Assembly: GCA_051362555.1 (NCBI GenBank)
Contig: CM120647.1
Location: forward strand, 4,774,001-4,838,000
DNA from: Lingula anatina
Lineage: Eukaryota > Animalia > Brachiopoda
DNA length: 64,000 nt
Direction: 5' to 3'
In this document: piece after piece, positions 11,617-24,179 of the stretch
How positions within the stretch are numbered: position 1 is the stretch's first letter
Layout: each line of letters opens with the position of its first letter
Translations under genes and position numbers: made by a program
The notes under the pieces: model-generated
What the model saw: the letters and a program-made list of their open reading frames with translations, nothing else
What the model was told of the DNA's origin: nothing
Databases searched by the model: none

Positions 11617-14600
11617 TCAATTCGGTGAATACAAATATCTTTGTTTAGTAAAGATTTCTTTTTGGTGCAATATTTATCATTAAGAGATCAGGATATGCCA
11701 TATGGTATTTATGAGATCAAAGCAGAACAAATCTTTTTTAAATTTTCAAAAGTTTTTTTTTCATCATCCACACCACTTTTTGGTGACTATTTATGAGCAA
11801 ACAGTAACTAAAAAATATTCAAATTAGTTTATTTTTGTCTCAGATGAATAATTACGAATAATAAAAAAATCACAAAATTATAATACAGCAATACATGCAA
11901 AGCAGTGCAACATTAGTTGTGATCATTACAACCTATATCATAATGTAGCAAAACAAGATAAATTTCTATTCAAAAAGCAAAACTAACACAACTGCAAAAT
12001 ATATCCTGGTGTTATGAAACATCTTAACAGTTTTATATCAAACATTAAAGCTCATAACATCAAAGTTTATAATACTGCCGATTTTTTCTTCCTGAATAGT
12101 CTGTAACCCTCCTTACTGACATTTCAATCTCATCTTCATGCTCACAAATGCTAGGTTCTGCTGGCCTGTTTCTTGTGCCCTTCTAAACTCCTTCAGTAAA
12201 AACTCCTTTACTTTATTTGAATATAGTTTCAAAGGTTTATATGACTTTAAAGCTCATCCATTGTGTAACTCAGTGGGATATTCAAGAGGGTGGAGTTCTC
12301 TCGGTATAGTCCCAGTTGGCACATTTACCTCAGAAAAACCCAAATTAACTTTAACATCAGTATCACTCATATTAAAACTGCTCAAGGAAAAGAGACACCT
12401 TTTCTCATGTTGTAGGAATCAAGAAAGCCAAATTGTTGTAATTGGACACTCCAGTCCACGCAGGTTTGGAAGATGTCTGTCTAGCTGGATGTAGAAAATG
12501 GCAGCAAAAGAGCACCCCTCCACTCCATCTGCAGAAACTAAGGCCTCATGCATCTCCTCAGCATTTGTTATATTGTGGCTTTCATTTACATACATGCCTT
12601 TCTACCACATCCGTCATTTCCACACTAGTTTCAGTTTCTGCAAGGCTTTGGACTCTTTTGCTGACCATAAGATCACTGTGTGTCAAATAACACCTCTCAA
12701 ATGTGCCTGAAATATAAATATAGCTTACTATAGACACATGAAAACACTTATCTCAAAGTTAATTGATACGTTGATGAAAAATAAATTATTATCCCATGTG
12801 TCGATGTTTTATAAGACATGGTTTCGAATTAGATTATGATGAGACTAGCAATTTTGCCAAGATCAGCCCTAGCTTCAATCTAATTCCAATTGTTACCCTT
12901 AGGCTCTGTTCTCACAACTTTTAGATCGATCTATCACCGCGGGGAGTCTCACTAGATTACTGTCAGATAATCCCCCTTAAGTGTCCGTCCCCGCCTACTA
13001 CAAGCTTTAAGGGGTATTTAACTTTCGTGTCCGCCCGGCTGACAGCTATTTAGCGTGAACCCCCAGGGAGTTAGGTCGATCCAATGTAGGTCGATCTAAT
13101 CTATGAGAATGGGATGATAGATTAGATCGACCTACATTGGATCGACCTAACTCCCTGGGGGTTCACGCTAAATAGCTGTCAGCCGGGCGGACACGAAAGT
13201 TAATTACCCCTTAGAGCTTGTAGTAGGCGGGGACGGTCACTTAAGGGGAATTATCTGACAGTAATCTAGTGAGACTCCCCGCGGTGATAGATCGATCTAA
13301 AAGTTGTGAGAACAGAGCCTATGAGAATGGGGTGTTAAATTTATTTTACCCAAATACCCTTAAACAAACCTAAATACATACACAATTATAGCTTAAAAGA
13401 TTATCACAGGTCCTTAGGCTGAAATTTCATTATTTGAAAGGGGGCATTTTTCTTTTAAAAAAGGAAAAAAATGGACCGTTTACCATTAAAAAATTGCACC
13501 TAGATCATTTTTCTGAATGACCTTTTTTCTGGCTTTTAGCCTGTATTAAAATACAAACAAACCCGTTTCTTACCTGAACCAAGTGGCACCAGTAGGCCTA
13601 TATTCAAATGGCTTTTTGTCTACACTGACATCTGCAAGTGAATCCCATGACATATTTCGTTATAGGCTCGTTTTTCCCTGTGTGGATGATTTCCAGCACA
13701 AACCAAGCCCATATCCCTATGCTGGACACATGGTGTAACCCATTCATTCTCCCAAAGATACTTGAAAATGTCCAATTGTGGTCATCGGAGACAAGAGTCC
13801 ACACCCGACAAGAATCAGTTTGCTTTCGTAACTCACGCTGTTTTGCTTCACGTAAACGCGACAAAGATGGCTGTTAATATCTCTGTTGCAATTTTTCAAT
13901 ACACTACATGTTTTTTCATATCTGTAGACAGAGTATAAACCACATGATATACGACTTCGGTGAGGAAGATTTGCAAAGGAACAGTCTGCGCTTTCCGCCA
14001 TGTTGGTTAATCGCGCTGTATTGTTCTGTCGTTAGTACATTAGTTTCACATGATTTTAAAATGTGTTAGATGCTTGTTTTAACCAGAAAAAAAATAGAAT
14101 AGGTAAAATGAAGATATAAAGCTCAACTAACAGTGTTTTAAACCATTTGTTGACTTGAAAGAGATAGCTGAAGTTTAGAGCACCGATAAATGTGTCCAGA
14201 TATATTTACGAAAAATGAAGAAATTAGGTCATGTTCTATCTCTTACAACGGACAAGTTGTAGAACAGCAGTAAGTTTTGATTTCATGTATAAATGGATTA
14301 ATGAGTTATCTGTTAGTCCTGAACACGCTTTTCCCCAAAGACCTGTGAAGATGAAGATATTGTCAAAAATAGAAGGGGGGTGTTCAAAGCATTTGGTTCG
14401 TAGCCCTGAGAAAAACGTTTAGTTTGTTACCATGGAATCAAAGAGGGTGAAAAAAGTGTATATCATTTTAATCCCCTATCTTTAGGTTATAACATATCAC
14501 CAAACTAAAGCATTAAGTGACACCTGTATAAACTGTAAAGCCAATCAATATAACCCTGTTTTTCAGATGAATTTTTGGTTGATTAACCCCCCAAATTGTG

Positions 14601-14760
14601 ACTGCCCATATCTCTGTAGGTAGGGATTTTTTTCAGGAAATATTGCAGCCTCAGATATTATTCATATAAAAGTTCAAACACACCAAATATGGTGTATATC
14701 CGTTCACCCCCGCCTTGCCGCATTTTCTACATTTGGTCTGGTTTTCTCGTGGACACACAC
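10719..14760. mobile_element. TTAA-target DNA transposon relic (Sola3- or Kolobok-like), copy-A specific
   Basis: TTAA TSD, with a single TTAA at the empty site ~37281. Imperfect TIRs GAGCTTGTCCACGAGA / TCTCGTGGACACACAC. Decayed spliced Cys-rich coding remnant on the minus strand (~14001-13574 and ~12707-12140). Superfamily is uncertain. Confidence 0.75.
12900..13321. repeat. Near-perfect ~420-bp palindrome (foldback)
   Basis: Arms ~12900-13104 and ~13117-13321 are reverse complements with only a few mismatches; spacer ~12 bp. Confidence 0.92.
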
Positions 14761-16083
14761 TTAAGTAAAGAAGGAAATGGATGTTGGTTATTTCATTGAT
14801 TCTGGTTTCTACTTTGCACGGTTATAATAATTTCCGACAAAAAAGATCAGCGAAATTACTTCTAAAACGTCGACGTTAACCAGTGACCCACGGCGGACGC
14901 AGTGTATCCATAGTAACAGCGCTTAATTTATTTCAATGGATCCATTTATCTGCGAACATTTTATGAATCAGGTTGTTGATTGGATAAAGCTAATAAAACT
15001 GTGCATTGTGAATTGTATCCACTTCCTGATCAGTAAATGAATAAACATTGTATTTTTGACAGATGCGTAACGTATATATAGCTCCATTCTGCTTGCAGGC
15101 ACATCAGAGGCTATACATTTGTGTGTGACTTAAAACTTATGTGATTTAATATCCACAGGTTGCTTCTGTGGTAACTACCCTCGTGACATTGAAGGAGAGG
15201 AAGTGTGTGCTGGTTTTCTATGTCAAAAATAGCTTGGCTCAATCCCAATCTAAAACTTCTCCCTCTCACGACCCCTCTCTGTTTCTCTGTCTCTCTCTCT
15301 CTATTCTATTCTATTCTAATTAGGTTATTGTAACATCTGTGTACAAACTAAAAATATTATATTCTGCCTTATTGTGTCTTTCATTTTTGAATATTTTGGG
15401 AAGCAACATACCTAAGACATTCATAGAACAATTACATAAGATGTGTACGTCATAAGTACTCTTAGATTTTTCATGAAGATACACTGTAATATTCCACATC
15501 AGCCCCCTTAGTCATCCTTAAAAAGCAAGGAACGCCTAGCCACCGTTTTTGTTTCCGCCACGCCTCCATCACGCTTCGCTTGCTTTGATGAAATCTCAAT
15601 CCTGTCGGTAACTACACTATGCCCCCCCCCACCCCCCGAAAAAAAAGTGCAAGCAGAATGGTGCACCCGGAATCTTATTGAGAAATACAGACAGGCCAGT
15701 AAAAACAGTGCCAGCAACCTTCCTCTTATCTCCATCATTAATTTATTTTCTCCATCATCAATGGATATATATTAATTAATTGGTTATATTTTTAGGTCCT
15801 TTGAAGATGAGTATACAATGCTTAAAGCGATTTACCATCAGATTCTTTATATGTTTATATTCATATACAATATTCATGAACTAATAAATATGTTAAAAAG
15901 GTGTTGTTATCACGATCGATCAACAGATATGCCTGGGGCATCCGAAAACTAAAGAAACTTGTACGCAGAATTAAAAAAAAAGTGTCTTTTATCCCCGTTT
16001 TCATTTATTTCTTACCGAAATGACGTGCACAATTATTTTCATCAGTAATGATTTCGACGACTACAACTGCAGATAATAATAAC

Positions 16084-16117
<34 letters not shown>

Positions 16118-17295
16118 TGTTTATTAGCATTTTTCATTATTTAATGTCTTGATTCCATGTTCAGTAGACAAATCTAACCAAGGCTTAAACATAAGACTGA
16201 TTATATGTACAATTAAAGTTTGACGTCTGAAATAATAATTTAACGTAAAATGTTAAAAAAAAAGTATTTAAAGTAAAACATTAAAAGTAATACAGTTACA
16301 AAAATCCAATATTTCTTTCATACAGTGCATTTTAAACATAAATAAATTATGCATAAAACATCTTAATTTTTGTTATCATTGTTGTACTGGGTTATGATGT
16401 TTGACCGATGCAGTTATACCTATCAGATTATAAAATGCAGTATGCGTTAAACTTAAATTTTAAATAAAATCCTAGCCAAAACTGGTAACCAGTGCAGCTG
16501 CTAGAAAATTGAAGTAATGTGTTAATTTTAAGGTGGAAAGACTGGAAGTCAGGGCTATATACTCTGCATGCGTTGTAATATTTAATCTTAACATGTGGAC
16601 ATCCATATAATACACAATTAAAAATTAAAGTTAACCAGCTTATAACTGCTGCTTGCATAAGTTGTATAAGTTGTAACGTATATATAGCTCCATTGATTCA
16701 CGTATTTCCTCACAATTTATTCCGAATATTGATTGATTGATTCACGTATTTCCTCACAATTTATTCCGAATATTGAATAAACGAGACTACCGGTAAATAA
16801 TGTTCGAGATCTGTTTTCAATTGAAAGTGAAGAATCAAAATAAAGCCCTGTTGTTTTCCTAAATAATAATAATAATAAATAAATAATAAATAATAAATAA
16901 TAGTAATAAAACCCTGTCACTCAGCGTTTTAAATGCCCCCTCTTTTAATCTAATTGTTTTATTTTAAAATAATTGAGAACGCCTCAGTATCAAACGCACT
17001 ATTTAAAAAAATATTTCAAGTATTACATTCAATAATCGGAAAAAGGTGTAAAATGTGATACTTTGATATTTCACAGTTGTCATTTCACGTCCGTAGAATA
17101 ATCCTTTATTTATTTTTTTTTTTTCATTTGTAGGTCGTTATTATATTTCTGACGCTACGGCCATCAGTCATGTACCCGCCAAGAAGCTGTAAAAAATTAC
17201 AATTCGGAAGTCACACGTTAGGAAGTGTCTTTCAAAGACCCTCTTCATCCTCAAAATGTACTTCCTTATCTGACTCGTCTGAGCGTTGTCTTTCT

Positions 17296-17482
17296 TAATA
17301 ATAATAATAATAATAATGATAATAATAATAAGATTCTTATATGGCGCCTTACATTCTATCTCAAGGCGCATTACAATAATGGCTAATATACTAAAATCAT
17401 TAAAATGACTACAATATTTAAATCATAAACTCTCATTGGAAACCATTTAAAATTTACACTACTAAAAATCAATCTTATTAAA

Positions 17483-17568
<86 letters not shown>

Positions 17569-18525
17569 AATAAAACTAAGAGATATACATGTAGACAGAA
17601 TTAAAAATGTGGGTCTTTAAAAGAGATTTAAAATTGTCAAAGTCTTCTGTTTTTCTAATAAAATTTGGTAGACCATTCCACTCTTTTGGGGCGTAGATTG
17701 TAAAAGCACGATCTCCATAACTTTTGAGGCACCCCTTCTCTAAAACAGAATGTTCTAAAATAAAATCATTTTCAGCATTAAAACGAGTGGACCGCCGTGG
17801 TAAGTTAAAACAGATAAGATCAGATAAATATAATGGTCCTTGTGAATGGATCGCCTTAAAAATAATACAAAGTACTTTAAAATCAATCCTCTGCTTCAAA
17901 GGCAGCCAGTGTAATTCTCTCAGAATGGGAGTGATATGGTGTGTACTATTGTACTTAATTTGACAAACCAGTCTTGCAGCTGAGTTTTGAATAACTTGTA
18001 ACTTTTTAATCTAATAGTCACAAATACCAAAGAGGAGACTATTGCAGTAATCTAATCTTGATGATATAAATGCATGTACTAATTTTTCAGTGGTTTTGTT
18101 ATCTAACACTTTCCTTATTTTTCCAATGCGCCATAGTGCATAAGATGCTGATTTACACACTTCAGATAGATTTTTTTATAAGAACATCTCCTATGCAAAT
18201 GTTGGCATTTGCTACATTTTTTCTATTTGCCTTGAACCTTGATGTAAACCATATCAACTCAGTCTTACTATCATTTAAAGCCAACATGTTCACTTTCATC
18301 CATTGTCGAATCTCTGCAAGACAAGTCTCCATAGAAGTGATTGTTGCAGACTGGCTGCTCTTGCATGTAATATATACTTGTGTGTCATCTGCAAAAATAA
18401 CAGTGTTCAGGCCATGCTTTAGTATGATATCTTCTACAGGTAACATGTATAATGAGAATAGGATCGGACCTAACACAGACCCTTGTGGGACACCATACTC
18501 CAAGTTAACTGGCTGAGATAAAAGC
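17296..18525 (-). mobile_element. 5'-truncated L2/CR1-group LINE, copy-A specific
   Basis: RT motifs GVPQGSVLGPILF and FADDTQ, plus ITPILRELHWLP, YGDRAF..APKEWNGLP and FKSLLKTH. Internal stop near 18012, (TTA)n tail. Absent at ~40080 in copy B. Confidence 0.9.
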
Positions 18526-18848
18526 TTCCTGATAATAATACTCCCCAGCATCAAGCTTCCTTTGCAATCTCGGAGGCAATTTCTTGTAAAATGGTGTTCC
18601 TAAAGTATAAAGTTTAACACGTTACATTATATGAATACGGGTCGTAGGTAGGTAATTTAAAATCATATTACCACAAAATGCGGCTTTTGAAGCAATAGAC
18701 TCAAATACCCATTTGCATAATTTGTTAAAGGGGGTTTATATTTGTTCCTGAAAAAATACTTTGGAGGCTCGCAGTAGAGGAGTTAATGCTTTAAGATTAA
18801 TATTATCTCCACTGCAATCAAATACACAAATACATATAACAATATCAA

Positions 18849-18970
18849 TTATTTAATACCTTTTATGCCCGTTGGAAGAAACTCGCCAGCATCTTTGACT
18901 CTCCCGTTTTCTTCAAAATGTGATTTCAGCTTTTTTAACGTGGTATTACATCTAAGTAGCTTCTTATTTC
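18849..18970 (-). pseudogene. Duplicated terminal exon of the HELZ2-like gene (frame intact)
   Basis: Encodes (G)[39 protein letters not shown]. Same 122-nt length and atttcag acceptor as 40521-40642. Confidence 0.85.
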
Positions 18971-20131
18971 CTGAAATTGAAATAAGTTACGACGTCATGG
19001 GAATCCTCATCTTTACGGCATATAAATATCCCTTCACGATGTTTTTCTTCAATGGAAGCGCTTTATGTGAAGCTACGTCTAGCTTCGATTTTGTTACAGT
19101 GTATTTTGAATCTGGCTTACTTCTACTTTACAATGTTATCCAACATTACAGTGAAAAAAAAGTGTTAAAATGATATTTTTTTTGCCAAATTGTCATAAAA
19201 CTATATTAAAAGAAAATTCATATCGCAGATAAAATAAAATTGTATAGCTTACTTTGTTTACATATTTTTTAATTTTTTTTTATTTTACTATTTTTATTTA
19301 TTTTTTTTATAAGCTAATCACAATCCGATTACCAAAATGCACTGCAGAAACATTTTCTCCCATTATTTCAATTTATTTCATCTCATCATACATGTATCTA
19401 TCTCCAAGAAAAATCTTGCTCAATTGCAATCAACTTAAGTGGCTTAGATGTTTGACACGCCTATACTGGGATGGGATCTGATGCCACAAGCGGATTCCAA
19501 TTGTTAAAATATTGCTGTTGCAGAAACACAACCAATTTATTGGAAAACATCGTGGCAGAATCAGGTCATTTGTTTACCCCTTGGCCAGACTAATAGAAAT
19601 GGGATTTATTTACCGATCATAATAAACATTTGGTTTTAACCCTAAAGTTTTGTCATGTAAGTCTGAAAATGATGAAAGAAAGCTGTGTGATCAGGACCCG
19701 GTTTCACACAAAAAAAGGTTCCCTGGATAAGAACCTTATTGCCAAGGTAACATGGTCACAGAAACACATCTTACCGTATCAGGAGTAGTTTTACAACACA
19801 CTCATGGAAATCCTAGCCAACTAAGCCAGGAACCTGACCATTCTACCAGGAGGTCAATACAGGAGAAAGACTCTCTAATAAAGAAACACAGTTGGTCTTT
19901 GGTATGCAATATTGCTTCTGCAAAGTTAATTTATTAATATCAGTATTTATACATGCCCACGCTAAACCCATCGTTTCTTAGCCGCTCGCTTGCCATGTAA
20001 TGTGTATTGCCATGTGTATTGTAGGTATACTTTTAAATCATGTAAATCTAATACAACATTGATTAATAGTTAATCGCAGGCCTCTGATTGGTCACGTCTC
20101 ACTGGACTCTATTCTTTTTTGAGTCCCCATA

Positions 20132-20354
20132 TACCCCCTTTACACTGGACGGCGTCCTTTCTGCGTCCTTTCTGCGACCATGAAATTTGGCAACGCTGTG
20201 GTATTAAAAAGGAGGCGCAAGCATTGATTTTGTATCAGAATGAATGCTCAATGATCGGCCAGTTGTCGGCACGTAAAGTATTATAATTTTTTAACTCTCA
20301 AATGGGGCCGTACTGCTGGACGCAGAAAGGACGCCGTCCAGTGTAAAGGGGGCT
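20132..20354. mobile_element. ~220-bp MITE (same family as 7200-7417)
   Basis: TIRs CCCCCTTTACACTGGACGGCGTCCTTTCTGCGTCC and its reverse complement. Absent from the duplicate segment at ~23690. Confidence 0.85.
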
Positions 20355-20450
20355 TAAGTCCTGTACACCGTTTGTTGCATATCGCACCTGAATGTACATG
20401 TTTACAATGTATCATGTTGATTCAATACAGCCTCGATTATTATACATATA

Positions 20451-21343
20451 CACTCTTGCCCAAAATGGTTGGTACACGGAAAGTTTGGGATGCACATCGC
20501 CCTGTTTCTTTCATTTTTATTGATATTATCAAATCAATACTGTTTATATTGTTAAATATGTGAAGCTGGATGATTGGTAAAGTCAAGGAGAAACAAACAA
20601 TGCACATGTGAAAAAAGCGTTAATTTATTTAGGTTTTTTTTTCTTATGCCCCCAAAAGAGTACTTTTTTTTACATAACAGTACCAAGTGAAAAATTAAAC
20701 ATAAATTTATACTGTGATTTACAATTAATACGAAATTAGGGGAAATTGACAAGAAACATCTTCAGAGTTCATTATTAATCTAAATAGCGGGTATGCCCAC
20801 CCCGAGCTTGGATAATGGCCGCCAGACGGCGTGACATAATGTGAACTAGAGTTACACCTTTTTGGAAAGGAATTCTGGTCCATTCATCTTCAAGGGCATC
20901 TCGCAGTTCATCTAGATTTGCAGGGGAAGGGTTTCTCCTCTGAATAGCACGACCAAGTTCGTCCCACATGTGCTCAATTGGGTTTGCATCTCGGCTTCTT
21001 GCTGGCTGTGGCATCAGCTGAATGTTGTTTTGTCGCATATAGTCTGCAATTAAGCGGGCTTTGTGGGGAGTTGGGTTGTCATGTTGCAATCTAAAATTGT
21101 CTCTGTATATCCCTCTTCCGAACGGCTCCAGGTTCTACTGGAGAATGTCTCTGTATCTGGCAGCGTTAAGGTTTTCATCCAAAGGAGGCATTGGGCAAAT
21201 ACCGTTGCTGCAAATGGCACCCCAAACATGTACAGAACCACCTCCTCCAGCTATTGTTTCCTGAATATTTTCAGTTAATAGCCTCTCCCCAGGGTGCCTA
21301 CGCACTCTCATAGCTGGAGGAGGTGGTTCTGTACATGTTTGGG
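20451..21343 (-). mobile_element. Tc1/mariner transposon 3' fragment
   Basis: QHDNPTPH...PARSRDANPIEHMWDEL...ARGGHTRY (DD34E-type C-terminus). Terminus TA|CACTCTTGCCCAAAA at 20451. Frameshifted upstream. Confidence 0.88.
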
Positions 21344-21810
21344 TGAAATTAAAATAAGTTACGACGTCACGGGAATCTTCATCTTTACGGCATATTAATC
21401 TCCCTTCACGATGTTTGTCTTCAATGGAAGCGCTTTATGTGAAGCTACGTCTAGCTTCGATTTTGTTACAGTGTATTTTGAATCTGGGTTACTTCTACTT
21501 TACAATGTTATCCAACATTACAGTGAAAAAAAGGGTTAAAATGATATTTTTTTGCCAAATTGTCATAAAACTATATTAAAAGAAAATTTATATCGCAGAT
21601 AAAATAAAATTGTATAGCTTACTTTGTTTTCATATTTTTTTAATTTTTTTTTTTATTATTTTTATTTATCTTTTTTTATAAGCTAATCACAATCCGATTA
21701 CCAAAATGCACTGCAGATACATTTTCTCCCATTATTTCAATTTATTTCATCTCATCATATTTCCAAATGTAATTCTATTTTGGTTAAGAGAATATGGTAC
21801 TTGTAATTAC

Positions 21811-21969
21811 CATTGATAATCAGGAATCTTCTTGGGCGAGTAAGTGCCACGTTAATCTGATGGTCATCTGTTATAAAGCCAAGGTTGACTTTACACCAGC
21901 CCTTAGTCGGCCTTTGCACAATCTGGTACTATGGGATAGAGCGGACGGTGCTGATGTCCTATTCCCCAC
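21811..21969 (-). pseudogene. Duplicated penultimate HELZ2-like exon, inactivated
   Basis: Copy of 41088-41255 with TGG->TAG (GE*D) and a 9-bp deletion; it still encodes [17 protein letters not shown]. Confidence 0.85.
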
Positions 21970-22864
21970 CTGGTGGAATTAAAAAAAATACGAACGCATT
22001 GTACATGAATCAAGGGATTTCAAAAAGCCAGTGATCGCGTTTGTAGTCAGCTAATGTAACAGACGATTCACATTGCTTTTACCGGCGCACTAAGACTGGG
22101 CTAACAGGATCGATCCATCTCCGGAGGGTTTCTCGCTAAATTGCTTTCAGTTTAAGTGGCCTAGATGTCTGACACGCCTATTGAATCTGCTAAACGATAA
22201 TTAATTACCCCCTAGCAGCTTCAGTATAGGCGTGTCAAACATCTAAGCCACTTAAGTTGATTGCAATTGAGCAAGATTTTTCTTGGAGATAGATAGATCC
22301 ATAGTTAGTGCGATAGGGTGTCTGAAGTGGTCGATAATATGGGTGACGGAGTGCTTGTTCTGGAGTCGGTGGCGGTGGTATTTGTTTTCTTAATCTTTGC
22401 CGTTGACATTTACAAAAACTGAATCTACATGAAGCTAGAAGTCTTCAGAGGCCACAGACCGCATCAGCAATAAGATAATGTTGTTCGCAACCTTTAACAT
22501 ACTGCCTATTAAAGCGCACTGATGTCTAATGTAAGTCTGGTGGAGTGTTTGACCTGTGTCAATGCTATTGTGACAGGAACGGTAGTCCGCTAGGGAAAGT
22601 ACTTAATCTGCCGCCCATTACCTTTTACGGGTGGCATAAGCCCTATATGTTAACCCTACTAAATGTTTGCAACAACGAGTTTAAGGGAAAAATCTGTTGC
22701 TGCTGATTTGCAGCCAAATTGTGTCACACTTACTGCAAATTTGCAAGAAATAATTGCAGTTTACAGCAATATTGCAGCCTATGTTACTAAAGAAAGAGGT
22801 GTGTATTTGACAATGTTATGTTGGTAATGAAATGGTTGAGATAACTACAACTTTATTATTATTA

Positions 22865-22922
<58 letters not shown>

Positions 22923-24179
22923 CCTGTTTTGTTTTGTAGTTGGGGATTTTGTTCCTTGGGATAAGCTGCACAAGGTCTGACATTTACAAGAATAAGATAA
23001 CAGCCAGGGAATACTTCAAAAGAAAACTGTCCGTTATATGTAGACGATGGGATCTGATGCCACAAGCGGATTCCAATTGTTAAAATATTGCTGTTGCAGA
23101 AACACAACCAATTTATTGGAAAACATTGTGGCAGAATCAGGTCATTTGTTTACCCCTTGGCCAGACTAATAGAAATGGGATTTATTTACCGATCATTATA
23201 AACATTTGGTTTTAACCCTAAGGCTTTGTCATGTAAGTCTGAAAATGATGAAAGATAGCTGTGTGATCAGGACCCGGTTTCACACAAAAAAAGGTTCCCT
23301 GGATAAGAACCTTATTGCCAAGGTAACATGGTCACAGAAACACATCTTACCGTATCAGGAGTAGTTTTACAACACACTCATGGAAATCCTAGCCAACTAA
23401 GCCAGGAACCTGACCATTCTACCAGGAGGTCAATACAGGAGAAAGACTCTCTAATAAAGAAACACAGTTGGTCTTTGGTATGCAATATTGCTTCTGCAAA
23501 GTTAATTTATTAATATCAGTATTTATACATGCCCACGCTAAACCCATCGTTTCTTAGCCGCTCGCTTGCCATGTAATGTGTATTGTAGGTATACTTTTAA
23601 ATCATGTAAATCTAATACAACATTGATTAATAGTTAATCGCAGGCATCTGATTGGTCACGTCTCACTGGACTCTATTCTTTTTTGAGTCCCCTAAGTCCT
23701 GTACACCGTTTGTTGCATATCGCACATGAATGTACATGTTTACAATGTATCATGTTGATTCATTACAACCTCGATTATTATACATATATATATTTGTAGT
23801 TGTGTTGCATTTCGGTATATGATATAGCCTTTACTGCTTGTATAGTCCTTTATAATGTGATAAATCATACCTCTTCACTATAATATATTGTCTGCTTAGA
23901 GCAAATTATGCAATTTTGAAGATTCAGTTTTGAAACTTTGATACAATTTTGAAACTGTGAATCAACCACTAGTATGGCAGTTGCCATCAATGATGGCGGG
24001 CGATTAGAAAAAAAAAATGATACTGCGATGTATGGTGACAGAGAGTCCGTTTCCCATTCATCTGTACAGGTAAGCCTCGTTCTAGATTTTGACCCACTTA
24101 GGTCAGGCTAAGTATAACCATTATAACTCATTGGAGGATGGACTTTCTGTTACACGGACCCTCAGTTTCGTTAAACCGA

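Larger units (their letters stand above)
4365..22850. repeat. Tandem segmental duplication, copy A
   Basis: Colinear with ~24040-41945 once the copy-specific insertions are removed (e.g. 5752~30366, 9830~36390, 14761~37281, 18530~40080, 21760~41030). Boundaries are approximate. Confidence 0.9.
19467..23790. repeat. Local direct duplications around the Tc1 fragment
   Basis: 19467-20450 matches ~23045-23790 (apart from the MITE), and 18973-19390 matches ~21345-21758. Confidence 0.85.
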
